Made by a program: the position numbers and the translations under genes
Notes under the pieces: model-generated
Seen by the model: only the letters and a program-made list of their open reading frames with translations
Database searches by the model: none
What the model was told of the DNA's origin: nothing
NCBI GenBank assembly: GCA_002104905.1
Contig: MCFE01000406.1
Location: 1 to 64,000, forward strand
DNA length: 64,000 nucleotides
Direction of reading: 5' to 3'
Source of the DNA: Basidiobolus meristosporus CBS 931.73
Lineage: Eukaryota > Fungi > Basidiobolomycota
Shown: piece after piece, positions 50,835-64,000 of the stretch
Position numbering within the stretch: position 1 is the first letter of the stretch
Layout: each line of letters begins with the position of its first letter

Positions 50835-52659
50835 TCAATTGTTTTTTTGGAGCCTAGCCTTTAATTGCTGCTGGTAAAGACTAGCTGGCTCCACGCGCTT
50901 TCCCATGCTCTCGTACCAACCTTCAGGCTTCTCTCCAAATGCCGCCCGAAGCTTTTCCCCTACCTGGCCCACTGCGAAGTTCTGTGCGGTGGGAGGCTTC
51001 TGAACAATGACACTCCCTTCACAGTTCCAGAGCATGTAGTTTGCACCCGACCATCCATGCCCGCTACCCATGTAGCCACGGTATTGGACAGCAATCGATG
51101 ATTTCACATTGTCAAAGAGCCCTCCAACAGACCAGCGCATGTGAGGCTCTATTCAGAAAACAGATTCAAATAAATCATCAATGCCAATAGATATGGAATC
51201 CATGTAGACGAGGACACTTACCGCTCGTAGCAATGTCCCTTTCGGACTGACAATCATGGAAAACGTTGGGGCCTGTTATTTGAGATCCAACAATAAACGG
51301 ATGTCTGGCATCAGTAGCACGACATTGTTTGTAGAGGATTCGCTCACTTCCTGCTGCAATGTAGTAGGCGTATCGATAACTACCATCAATGGAGGAGACT
51401 GGCTCGCTATAAGTACAGTCTTGCACGGTGACTTGTAGGGATGCTTGGGTTGTAATGAAGTAATCGAAATGACGTCCAGTAACCCCGCGGACCCAACAAT
51501 TCACGCAGCTTTTGACGTGCACAAATCCAAGTGCGTGGTTGTCGTCTGCTAAATAGGTCTCACCATTCTCGAGTTTTTTGGTGACGGTATTATCGTAAGC
51601 AGCAACCCCGTTGAGATATTCTACTCCGACATGCTCGAGTCTCTCTGGGTAGGTGTACTTTGCGATCCAGCCACCACCCCATCTCTGATTTATACTGGTG
51701 GTCAGAGGCGCGTCAAAAGTGATGGTACCGGCGTCGTTGTCGACTTCTTTCACTTTCCTTGTAAAGTAGAGATCGAAAGGCTTCCAGTCATACGAGTTCC
51801 TGTTGTTGGGGTCGTGCCAGGACAGGGTATCCATACCAATTTCATGGATCCAGTCCCAATTACCATAGCGCGCAATGACTATATCATCACCAGCGGCAAA
51901 CTTTCTTGAATCCTTGGTAGTTAACTGAATCTGAGTGGCACCCAAAGGAACATACTTCTGCATGATAGGTGCTTGGCTTCTACGATTCACTACAAATCTG
52001 GCTTTTGTATCGATGGTGAAGGTGTACAAGCGATCCTTGAAAGTCGAAACAACTGTGGTGTTGCCGTTCTTATCACCACGGATGATAATCCCGCTGGCAC
52101 CTATGTTGATGACCTTGTTAACGGTGAAAACACCTGAACGCAGGAACAAGGCGCCCCGATACTTGGTTTTAGGGTCGATTGGGGCAGCTGCGATTTTCTG
52201 GATAGCCTCTTGGATTCTAGCCGTATCATCACCATTGGAAGGGTCTAGAGTCTCTAATGTAGGTATGTCCTCAGGGATATCCTGCTCACCATTGTAATAA
52301 CCAACATAGGAGTAGTCTGGAATAATGTCGCCCTGGTCCGTGAAGGCTTTGTAGTTGATAGCGTTGGTATTAGTATCCACGGTTAGCAAGTTTGTCTGAC
52401 CTGCCGTTCCTGTCGGTTGCAGGGTTGAGTGCGGAACTGGGTACTTCGGTGGGAATATGGCTGAGCACCAGAAAGATTCGGAGCAACGCCAGTGTCCGTA
52501 AGATATGGCCCTTAACATGAATAGGAAGAACAAGACCACTCCCACTTGGCAACATCTCTTGACAATAGGCTTGCTATCGCAGCATTTGAACCAGATGCAG
52601 AATATGTCAGACCAGTGAAATCGTCTTTTGTTATTGATGCCGGAATATTCGTAGGACAT
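50835..52659 (-). CDS. Right-handed beta-helix polysaccharide lyase-like (pectate_lyase_3-like) protein with N-terminal membrane anchor, 1 intron (51149-51221)
   Basis: PDYSYVGYYNG...GDDTARIQEAI...YRGALFLRSGVF...ASGIIIRG; C-terminal ARHPF...GPNVFHDC...EPHMRWSVGGLFDNV...GSGHGWSGANYMLWNC...PASLYQQQL. TM segment VGVVLFFLFMLRAI. Confidence 0.8.
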
Positions 52660-53294
52660 GATGGTATACGTGGGATTAGGGAAGCAACAGAGTGAAAAGA
52701 GCAGTCTTGTGAAGACCTGTTCAAGGAGTAGGTAATGTTGAAAAAAACTGAACTCGTTATTACATTTCGAATTTCCTCGTATCACCTCCCGTTAATGAAT
52801 ATTAGAATTAATATAGATATTTGTAACGTATACTGTAGAGGCACCAATCCACTCTCGAGGCTAAATAAAGATGTGGCCAATATCGGCTGTCACTTTCTAT
52901 TTTCGCCACTCACATGATTGAAGTTGAAGGTGTCATGAGCAATATGTGGGTGCATATTCTTAATAAAGATTTGATGAAGCCATTAGCACAATTATTGCTA
53001 TTTTGTAGGCGTCATCTCCAGCCTCAAAAGAGTGCGTAGCGCAGTATCGCAGAAAAGCCGATGGAAAACTGGCCAATTTCCCTCGTAACTCGGCGTTGAA
53101 TTGAGATGTGTATTTTTTTGCGCAATATAAAGATAAATGAACATCAAACGGTTGGGGAATTGTATGGCTAACAGTAAAACGAATTATTTGCGTGAGGATG
53201 TGGTTATGTTTCCTACTAAAAATGGTTCCTTCGGTTCAACAAAACAAAGTAGAAAGCTGGAGAATGTATAATGGCCAATTATCGACGAGCGGTT

Positions 53295-54074
<780 letters not shown>

Positions 54075-55018
54075 GTTACGCTTAGTGGTATTTGAAGATC
54101 GATTAGGTAAGACAAATATTTGGGGAGTAGTTACAAACGAATCTGAGGCTGTCTGTATCTGGGTTTAGAACACGAAAAGAACAACAGAGCAGAGTGAAGT
54201 TAAAAAAAAGTGTTAAGAGGTTGTAGTTTATTTGGAAGAAACTAGGGCTAGTGTTATGCGAATATCAGATTCGAGGCCATCAACCGCTGGACCCTAGTAA
54301 ATACATGTATAGTTTATCAAATCGACTCAAATAACTAGCATCCACGAATTATTCAAATAGGCAATGATTTATCACGGTAACATCTTTTGATGGTTGACGT
54401 CTGATCTATGGCCCCTTTACTCAATTGTTCAGGTTTATGAGCTCAGCAACCCTCGTAAAACCTGATGCCGCTACTGTCTTTACAATAACCAGTCACGCTA
54501 ATTCCACAGCAGATACCAATAAAAAGCAGACCCGTCGTCGAACTTGCAGCTTCTCGGCTTGCTCAGCAGTGTTTCCATATTGGTACGAGGAATGCAGTGT
54601 TACCTGACCCAGAGACGCAACCAACCCTTACAGCTATGCTACATAGGAAGCGTGTCACCGCAGTGCACACGGGTATGTCCATCCAATTGCATTCTCGACC
54701 AGAGATATCTCAGACGCTTATAATATCTGTATAGACTGTCTGCCGATGCCTAACCAGCTGTTGAGCCTCCAAATTGACTTTATGGGTTTATTTTGAATAC
54801 ACTGCTTGGAGACAGAAATGGTAGATTATTGCAAGTTTTGGTTATTTGTTACAGGATCGCCTAGGTGTACAAAATCTATGAGGTTAAGAAGGGGAGTTGC
54901 ATCACTGGTTATCAAAAAAAATCCTTAGGCTAGATCAACCATGTAAACAAAAGGAATTGAGATGTATAAAACTGCACGGGTTAATCATCAAACAAGTTCA
55001 GACGGCTTTCACGAATCG

Positions 55019-55918
55019 TTAATTGAACTGTTTGTTGGGCTTGGAGCATGCGAAGAATTCGTAGATAAATCCTCCAACAATGGCTCCCAGAGCAGGTGCA
55101 ACCCATAGGACCCAGAAGATATGATCACCTCCGGTCCATGGGATACTCTCCCAACCAGCAATCGACATGAAAATTCTAGGACCCATGTCACGTGCCGGAT
55201 TCATGTTAAAGCCGGTCAGAGAGCCGAAGCTGAGCCCAATACCACACATCATCATACCCAGTGCCAGGGGAGTATAATGGGTTGCACCAATGTTCATGCG
55301 ATCAGTAATTGCAAAAATACAGAGTGCAAAGAAGGCGGTATCAATGAATTCGGCGTAGAAGGCGGTACCAATCGTCATATATTCCGGAAGAAAGGCCACA
55401 AAGAGACCAGCAGACTCGATATCGCGAGTTCCCTTGTCAAATCTGACGATTTGTGCATGGAAATAGGTGAAGTTCAACAAAGCGGAGCAAAATGCGCCGA
55501 AGACTTGAGCAATTATATACCATGGGACTTTTTTCCACGGGAAGCCACGGTTAACTGCCATTGAAAGGGTGATGGCTGGGTTAACATGTCCCCCAGAGAT
55601 ACCATTGCACATGAAATGCCCAAGCATGAAGGCGAAGCCGACACCCCAAGGGATAGTGTTTCCAACGATGGAGTAGCCTCCAATCTCCATTTTGCATTGC
55701 TGAACAACCCCGATGATGAAGCTAATAAACACAAATGTACCCAAGAATTCACCCAAGTATTCTCGGTATGTAGAGCGGAAGTTCCCTAAGACACCAGCAC
55801 TCAAAAACCGTTGCATGCTTGAAAGCTCCTGTACACTGACTTCGGTAGCGAACGCTTCGCCCTTTGAGTTGCTAATGCCTTGAGTAGAATCGTAGACTGC
55901 TATGCGTTCCTCGGCCAT
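55019..55918 (-). CDS. Aquaglyceroporin (MIP family, GlpF-like), intronless, ~300 aa
   Basis: EFLGT, SGGHVNPAITL and MNPARDMGPRIF (NPA/NPARD, glycerol-type), AEFIDTA, six hydrophobic segments. Confidence 0.93.
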   Translation of the reverse strand: MAEERIAVYDSTQGISNSKGEAFATEVSVQELSSMQRFLSAGVLGNFRSTYREYLGEFLGTFVFISFIIGVVQQCKMEIGGYSIVGNTIPWGVGFAFMLGHFMCNGISGGHVNPAITLSMAVNRGFPWKKVPWYIIAQVFGAFCSALLNFTYFHAQIVRFDKGTRDIESAGLFVAFLPEYMTIGTAFYAEFIDTAFFALCIFAITDRMNIGATHYTPLALGMMMCGIGLSFGSLTGFNMNPARDMGPRIFMSIAGWESIPWTGGDHIFWVLWVAPALGAIVGGFIYEFFACSKPNKQFN

Positions 55919-57379
55919 TGCTGTTTGAGATTTGTGGATGATGTTAATCGTGCTGCAACAACCTGCTTTTATATCATTTCGAGCCGTATAGCACACACTT
56001 TCCCTATGCTTCCATTTATGGCTTCTCCAATCGTATTTGTATGCTGAATTATTTCGTAAAATGAATTCGGATATATTCCCAGTTGTTGGAGAACCAGGGT
56101 TACCAAGTTAGTTCGAAAACTTGGCGAACTTTCCTTTCTTGCCACGATCTTTTATTTCTCGACCTTCCAACTTGCCAGATTTTCAATAATGGCGATTCCT
56201 GCGTATCTCTTCCTTCCTCTGAAGTAGAGCGTACTGTTACTGTTACTGTAATACTAACATTCCAGCAATTTGAATACTACCTACATACCCTAACGTGACA
56301 GTTAGCTAAAGGCTATGTGAACAGCTGTAGAATAGGAAGTAGAAAGTAGAATGATCCACAATAGACTTTTCATTCTGTTTTCGTACAATGGGTATTCAAG
56401 CCTCCGTAAGATGATTTATCAAACTGTATAGATCCCTAAATACCTCACCTCGATGGAATAGTTGCTAGGAATAGACTAGTAATAATGGAATTATAGATAA
56501 ACCCTATTCCGATCATTAGTTTTTAACTCCATGTTAAAAAAGAATTCTAAACACATGCCTACTTTTACGCGAGTAGTATAGTTTATGCTCTGGATCTGGA
56601 TTACATATTGGTATTGAATGGGGGGTTGATAAAAACCCTTCCATATATATCAATAAGCTTGGCGGGATGGAAAAATATTCTTTCCAACTTTCTTGTGATC
56701 AAGTTAAAACTCGGTTATCAACATACGAAGTTGGCCATTCAAAATTGTAAATGGCTAGATAGAAAGATTAGATCATACCAAAAGGAGATTTAACAAATAA
56801 CACCGGTATCAAATCAAGATCTGTATTCCACTGATGACATTATTCCAGAATTTTAAGGTTTCCTACAGAATGCGGGTGTTGGAGTCAAAAAAATTACTCT
56901 CAGGTAAAAGCCGATCGGCATTTCGGTTGAATTGATTTGGGATTACAGTTCGAAAAATTTTCTCTTGTAAAATTAGTTGAATTATGACTCTACGTATTCA
57001 CCCATACGGTATTCAACTAAATCTTGAGAATACGTAAAGTTAATCAAATAGTTAAATAGGAAGTCATTAATATTCGTTATTTGGCGAATTTCGTTAACAC
57101 CAAAAAGGATGCTAGTTAATATTAGAAATGATGCTAAACCATCTTTAATGCCTAAGCTCCGCTTCTTCATAGTACGATACAGTGTAGATCTATGCTATAA
57201 CATGATCACTATATCTCAACCCAGCGAAAGGGGAAGGATGCAACAGAGGAGGCGCTGGGTGATTGACGCCAGTCCTACATCCATCCCATTGATTGACGAG
57301 GTCGCTGATGGATGATGTATTGTTACAGAATTGTGATCATTGGACAGATTATTGGTTTGTAGTGTGTTTGTAAAACGAT

Positions 57380-58790
57380 GTGTCAATCTTGCTCCCCCTC
57401 CCCTACCCTGATATTGGTGACAGAGCGAGTGATTTGCCACTGGTCTAAACTGAGGCATGCACAGCTTGGATCAACCAGAGATCACCACTCACTCTTCAGA
57501 ACTAACACCCATTGCTCCCTCGTAACAACCACCCTCACCCTCACCCCCACCGTCGCTTTCTCCGTTCTCCGTTCTCATGACCATTGCCAGCCGTTAGTAA
57601 TCCAATATCTCAATACTCTTCCTGCGTGATTTCCAAGCATCGGCAAGGTATCTAGGTGCTGGTACAAGCTCCACTCACCCCTTTCCTGCGTCAGAGCATT
57701 TCTGGAAATAATGGGTCACAGTGGCGTACATCCTGATCTCTAGGGTCACTATGTGCTAATCAAGATCTCATTCCACCCTACGATTGACCTTTAACCAGAA
57801 ATTTAATCTATTCCCGAAACAATCAGATCAGCTCAGAATTGATCTGATCGAATCCCGCTGTCCTTGCATTGGTGCCTCGGATGCAGTTTGACTATCTATG
57901 TCTCCACCCAATTCCCAACTATTCTGTGCGATATGTGCTAATGATGCAAACACCAACGCCAACGCTAATGTTAGCGCCAATCCTGACGCTGGTGTTGCTG
58001 CTAATCAGGAGAGAGGGATGCAGATACTACTGCAGTGGCCAGGAGTGGTTCTCGGTGCTGATGTCTTTGACATGGGCTTGGAAAGGGGAGTGACCAAGGT
58101 GAAAGGAAGGCTTCTCTCCTGTAATCGGACCCTACCATGCATGCATCATCATTACCTCACTCATATCTCATATCTCGCATTTCACATCTCTCACCTCTCA
58201 CCTCTCACCCTACCCTTCACCCTTCGCCCTCCTTTCTCCCATGATTCATTTCCACCTGGCTGTGTCTGATAGAATATTTGCTCGCCCGCCTAGCTGCCTA
58301 TCAGCAATCTGGAATGGGGCTGATCATCCTTGTTTCACGCTGATCCAAGCTCTGATCCCACCACTGACCCTTACTCACATCCCAACTCCGACTCTGGCTC
58401 CCATCTTCCCATCCCCTTCCTTTCGCTTCCCTTCCCTTCTCTTCCCTTCGACTCGCACTCATTAATGGCTGTGGTGTGAGAGACCTCGAACGTCTCAGGA
58501 GACCCACACCGAGCTCATGTCAAAGGCCAACACTGACACTAGCACCAGCACCAGCACCAGCACCGTGCTGTTACCCTTCTTGATTAGAATCCCGGCCAAT
58601 CACGGAGATTATTTGGGAATGAATGAGTGGAGGTCGGCATCAGTGCATGGATTCGCTCAGGGCAGCCATTAAATGAGTGTGAGTGTAAGGTCAGCTTTCC
58701 ATCAATTTGACAGAATGAGCATGGCACGAAGATCGAATCAGATCTGATTGAATCTACGGATATGATGAGATAAGGGTTGAATCAATTCCA
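57380..58790. repeat. Low-complexity, hexamer-rich region with short inverted repeats (possible degenerate non-autonomous element)
   Basis: (AGCACC)4 at 58541-58564, ACCCTC/CCCTTC runs at 57530-57550 and 58200-58230, AACGCC/AACGCT runs near 57950, and a 21-22 bp inverted repeat at 58451-58471 / 58663-58684. Confidence 0.5.
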
Positions 58791-59659
58791 GTCATTATTG
58801 TAATTTCGGGTTGATGTGGACCTTTTACATACGCTATACTATCCAAAGGTTTCTTTGTAGCATGAATATATGAGCATGCGCATAATATCCAAGCCATACG
58901 CCGCCGATAAACGATCAGGGGGATTCCAAAATGATTACACCTACCACTTCAACTACATGTGAGTAACCAATGTATTACGATCAAGTTTCGCCGCCCAATA
59001 ACCTTGGTGATGGGGGTTTATCCAGTGGCTGATTTTGTACTTGTGTCTGACAAAAACCAAGGATGCATTCCATATTAGTTCTCACTAACGCTGTGCACCA
59101 ATTTTCGTACGGCATTCTACTTCTCAGAAATATTCCATGACCAACCTCAATGATGTGATACATGGGTTTCCTTTTCCTAGGTAGCTGCTCGTATATAGGA
59201 ATTCGAGATGCAAGTACGCTCAGGTAAGCGTCTACGAGTTACTAGGAATGGCATCTATGCAACTCCAATTATTGCTGCATTTTGCAGACACATTCATCCC
59301 TGTTCAACACGTGGTGGGTCGAAAGAATCCAAACATTCGCATGTTGACATTGTGTGACTTGAAATAACTTCACCATCTCAAATCTATTGATGGAGTTAGA
59401 GAGCATACAGGAATATTACAATTAATAGGTCAACCGATTCGTAATTGTGAACCGAACAATAATTGGCCATGTAAATCTATGGATATGGTGGTGAGCGTTG
59501 AAAATTGTGTTGGGTGTGCCTGGGTTATCCACAGTGTATGCGTGAAAAAAGCGGATCTTGATAATTATATACATGAGCAAAGCAAGAGAAAGATCCAATA
59601 TCAAAAAGAGAAACCAAATTATGAATGAGTGCATAAAAATTTCTGTGCTCTAGTCACAC

Positions 59660-60993
59660 CTAATGGCATTTTGCTGCAGAGTGAGGAATCTTTCGTTCCC
59701 TTAGATACGAATCAAACAGAAGTTCAAATGATTGCTCCTCATCTTTAGTGAAAGATGATCTTCTCCCGGGCATTTCTTCACCTTGATTTAGCCGGAATTC
59801 TAAGCGTCGTTCTCTAAATATTTCCTTGATCTCATTTGGTACAGATAGGGGTTTGAACGTATGAGTATCTCTAAGAATCGACCGTGAATTGTTCGAGGCT
59901 TTCGAGTCTGACTCCGAGCTTGTAATAGATTGGCTGCGCTCAACAGCTGGAAAGCCTCCATTCTCTACGGGTGGTTGTGCCGCAGTAGCGGAGATTCTGC
60001 GGTGCTGTGATGGATATGCTGTTTCACCTGTGGCCTTACGTTTTACCGGGTTGCTCTCTAAGGAGTCTTCAGAATTATGCCGACTGTAATGAAGGATCTC
60101 TTTGATCAGATTGCAGCAATTTACAACAGAAAGTACATGCAGCAACTTACGCTTTGGACCTATACTCTTTGCGAATCCGGATGCGAACGCCTTGATCTGA
60201 GAAGGATCTTGAGAGAAATGTTGATTCAGCCATCCCTGGAAAGAGTTTCGGTGGATATACTGTGAATGTATTGGAGAATACGGTGGCCAGTGGAACTGCG
60301 CTGAAGCTAATCAGACACCAATTAGCATCGAGTTATATGAGGTCTACCTACTGTATTACCTACTTGACAATCTCAAATAAACTGAACTTTAGGCGGAATT
60401 GCCCTTCCACTCGAACTGATATATCGGAGAATACGAAGAAACCACCATCTGATTGCATCGTAATACTCTGTTATTGAACGCGCATTTTGTATCCATGTCT
60501 TGACCGTCGACTTACCAGAGTTATCAACATCCTTCAGCTTGTAGAGTGAGGAAACCAAGGTGCCAGTGAGGCTTCTGGGGGAAAGCTGGGCTGTATTCGA
60601 GGGGTGGACAGGAACCAAACTCGCATACATTACAAAGTATGGGTTTTGAAGATAGTCGCTACAAGGGAAGTCAGTCATTCGCCGTAGTTGGATTCACCAT
60701 CTTGCAATTATACTTACTCGTTCTCTTCATGTCCATTTATTTTGATTTGAACAATAGGTGGTGGATCAATAGGTCTGCGGTCAACCTTTTCCTTAGAGCT
60801 ACATAAACGTGCTTGTTTAGGCTGCTGGCGGACTATAAGAGAGTAGTCTCTGCGAGTGTTCCAAGAGGGTTAAAAACACGCCGTAATGAAGTATCCGAGG
60901 CGAAGCTACTAACCCGCCTGGTTGGTATCCCAAGCTCTTTAGGTCGGGAAGAAATCGGTATCCACTGGAGGCGATGGGATGAGATTTTGACAT
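59660..60993 (-). CDS. Velvet-domain transcription regulator (VosA-like), 5 introns
   Basis: Spliced [16 protein letters not shown]...[13 protein letters not shown]...[11 protein letters not shown]...[45 protein letters not shown]...[35 protein letters not shown]. Confidence 0.93.
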
Positions 60994-63900
60994 CCTTCTT
61001 GGCGTGACGTATGAAAGGGGGACTAAGTGGTGTGGATAATCAAAGTGGTGTAGGAATCGTGGCGGTAAAATTCAATAGATTTGAGTGCGGTCCCGTTTCT
61101 TGAATGGGTGCAAATTATGTTGGAAAGAGATAGGATGGTGGCCTAGGGTTCCAAGGGCAATCAAGCGCTGTCGAATGTGAGATTTGGAGGCTCAGCAATG
61201 ATGTAGGTATAAAAGTTGCCAAAAGTGTTAAGGGGGAACGTGCGATTGATTGGCTTTATATAAAGGATGAAGCGATTATTCGTCCTACCAGAAATCCTCC
61301 GGCAAGCCGTGACCATGGAAAGTCATACATCGTAGATTATGTTGGATGGAGTTTGGCAAATAACTCAATCGATTGAATATAGTAAAATGGGGGACCCAAA
61401 TATGGAAAAATGAGAAATATTGGGTGGAATGCGGATCCAATTACTGCAGCGAGCTTCTGTTAAGAAAAATATACCTTTTTAGTTTAGGCCCATATTCAGA
61501 ACAATAATGCTGTTGGAATCCACATTAGGAACCACCAACTGATTTAAGGGTAGGCTTTGATACAGATGGTGTGGTAGAGTTATTCTGTACCACAATGAAT
61601 ACTGTCGTATCGTATAACTAAAGTGGAAATAAACCCGGTAGCCTGCTATTCGCTTCGTCAGATGCCCTTTGGTTGAGGCCCCAATATCAACCATGAAAGC
61701 GCTACATTGCGGGATGGTGCGGTGATTAGACCGCTGAAGAGCCATGGGAGATTGCATGAAGGTGATTCTGGAGCGTGAGCCAATTGGATCCAGGCGCTCT
61801 TACTCTCCCTACTGAGTTGTTCGCCACATCCAAGGCTGATTTACGCTTAGTGGTCTGAAGTTATTTACAACAATGCCGAATCTGATCCATCTCGGTCTCA
61901 ATGTGTTCTATGTGATCATCCTGTGAATCGAGTCCCTTTGACTGCGAACCCAAAACCCCTTCATAGCCTTTCTTATGGCCAAGCAGCACTTGCGCCAATC
62001 CGCTTATCGTAGCTACCACGATGCGTACGTATCATTAATCAGCAAAACTCTTCCAAGATCTGGGAAACACGAATAATCAAGCTAAGAAACGAAATTGTCA
62101 GCGCCTTCCGCAACTCTAATCCAATTGAGCTGATTGGCGAATCGAGATTCCTATCCTTCTAAGATTCATGCTTATTCTACCTCCCGCCCCTAAACAACAA
62201 GGCCATAGTCCTCGACATACATGACTGGCCCTTCCCTTCAAATATTAGATCACAACCCACCCGAATTTGACACTTGAGGCAACTGCCTGTCGCAGAAGTA
62301 GTGGGTCATGGTAGCGTTCTAGTCGCTGGTTTCAAAGCTAAGTAATGATCCTGAAAGCAAGGTGATTTGTCTCAATGATTGATATCATCATCCACAAATC
62401 ACCCGATCATCCAGTTTTCTTCGCAAAGCAAGGGATATAATTTGTCTATTTCAGTGCTATCCGAATGGCGCATATACCCCTCTCATATAAATTGCGAATG
62501 GGATCTTTCACTCTATTCTAGGCTTGGAAATGGCTGATTGCTATTGAAGCTCGACTCGTCATGAGTGTAACTAATTATAGAAGCGCTGGTAATCTACATA
62601 TCAAAAGACCAGTCTATCATCTGACAACAAGTCTTACAACCCAATACTGGGTGCGAAAGTGGCAATATCAACTGAGCTATGATAAGGGATACGCCCAAGT
62701 GAAATCAGGTTGCATTGCTCTGATGCTTATGTCAATATCGGTTTGTTGCCATCAGACCAATTAAAGAGAAAGCCAAGGATTGTACATAGAATAGTACATA
62801 ATTAGCTAGAAACCCTGAGTGGCAGCTCCAAGGATTGGTTGTAATCAAGCATTAAAGCAAGTAGGCTGACGATCTCTTTATAGTATTGGCATTCTATAGG
62901 AATCCCCATCCGACACTATGCGCCTACTGTGTGAAGAGTGCTGCAAACACATATGTATTGTTTAGGATCAACCCAGCGTTGCGGATATCCCCCGCCGCCT
63001 CTGCATACCGTGATCTTTGAATGCTCTTACCAACATCTGTCTCATTCTGATTAGATGTGGCATCCAACAAATCATGGATGTAGCCTGAGCAGCCACACCA
63101 AACAGGGTATATTGAATATCCCTCAAATCTACGTGTGGAACATCTTTGTTTCAAGGAAACCCGATTACTGTATTTGCCCTCATTTCATATTAGTCATCAA
63201 CCAGAGTTTGTACCAAGCCCAAAGATATCGCTTATACTTATCGTGCTCAGCAACACTGATCGCCAATATCTAAGATTTCGATAATCAATCCTCCGGTATT
63301 CAAGCTCTGGGCTATCATATACGGAAGTGGTTGGGCTCGGGGGATATTATATATCAGCTTACTGATAATCGTGTGGACTACTGTCTAGAGAAGATGAAAA
63401 TTGGTCCTGCTGGAATGAGGGAAGTATACTCAATGCGGAAACCGGGTTTACTCGGTCGAAAAAGAATGTCACCCATCATGCAAACATCTTGTGGGATATA
63501 TTAAAATATACCAGCTTCCCGATATTTCTCCTTGGCGTAAACCATCTTGAAAGGAGGAGCATGTAATATGCCGATGCGGCTACGGATTGACTCGATACAT
63601 CATCGTTTCTCAGAATAATGGTGATTGAGGTGAAACGAGCCAACTACTGGATTACATCAAATCACCTACTGCTTGATGACCTGCACATTGGTTCTCAGAA
63701 GGCCAGGGGATTACTTGTTTAGCCAGACCAGTTCCACCAATCGGAATACTATAATTGAGATATCCCATTAGTGACAGTACAGCTGAGGTACATATTAAAT
63801 ATAGCTAGGTTATTTTCATTGCATGCTACCACACAAACCGAGCGATCTAGACTTCGCAAAGCCAGTTGCAATCGTGATTTTAAATCAACACCACCCTTAT

Positions 63901-64000
63901 ATTCTAAATAATAAAGGCCGGTCAGTGTGGTGATAAATTACTATAACTTGGGCAAATTGCTCCAGGTGTCATATGCTTTTACATGTGAGCAAGGGTTTAG

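Noticed and set aside
61479-62050. Charged, gag/ORF1-like broken frames upstream of the velvet gene
   Set aside because: No zinc knuckle, RT, integrase or LTR/TIR evidence; cannot support a mobile-element call.

Overview
Gene-dense eukaryotic DNA from a fungus, most likely an early-diverging (non-Dikarya) lineage. Evidence for that: mostly 54-90 nt introns, a velvet protein, a Zn2Cys6 factor, a group III histidine kinase, and two minor-spliceosome (U12-type) introns. About 23 protein-coding genes could be assembled by hand-splicing. In order: a 7-kb intronless NIK1/OS-1-type kinase with 17 tandem 92-aa poly-HAMP units, PMP3, a GPI/TM surface protein, an intron-containing MscL channel, cyclin B, MSS1/MnmE, MFS, GNAT, PhyH dioxygenase, Zn2Cys6 TF, a second MFS, AlkB, a Kre9/KNH-like protein, RidA, RPL11, NDUFB7, a TBC1D20/Gyp8-like RabGAP, GH47 mannosidase, an orphan ORF, a bacterial-like beta-helix polysaccharide lyase, ARF6, an aquaglyceroporin and a VosA-like velvet gene. 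The strongest unusual signals are in splicing: an AT-AC U12 intron and a GC-AG intron in the RabGAP gene, a GT-AG U12 intron in ARF6, frequent AAG acceptors, and a 9-nt microexon. Also notable are a recently expanded, mosaic HAMP array, several bacterial-looking genes (MscL, GNAT, lyase), and a degenerate inverted-repeat cluster at 1.4-2.9 kb. No rRNA, tRNA or CRISPR was found. All family assignments are from motif recognition by eye, not database searches.
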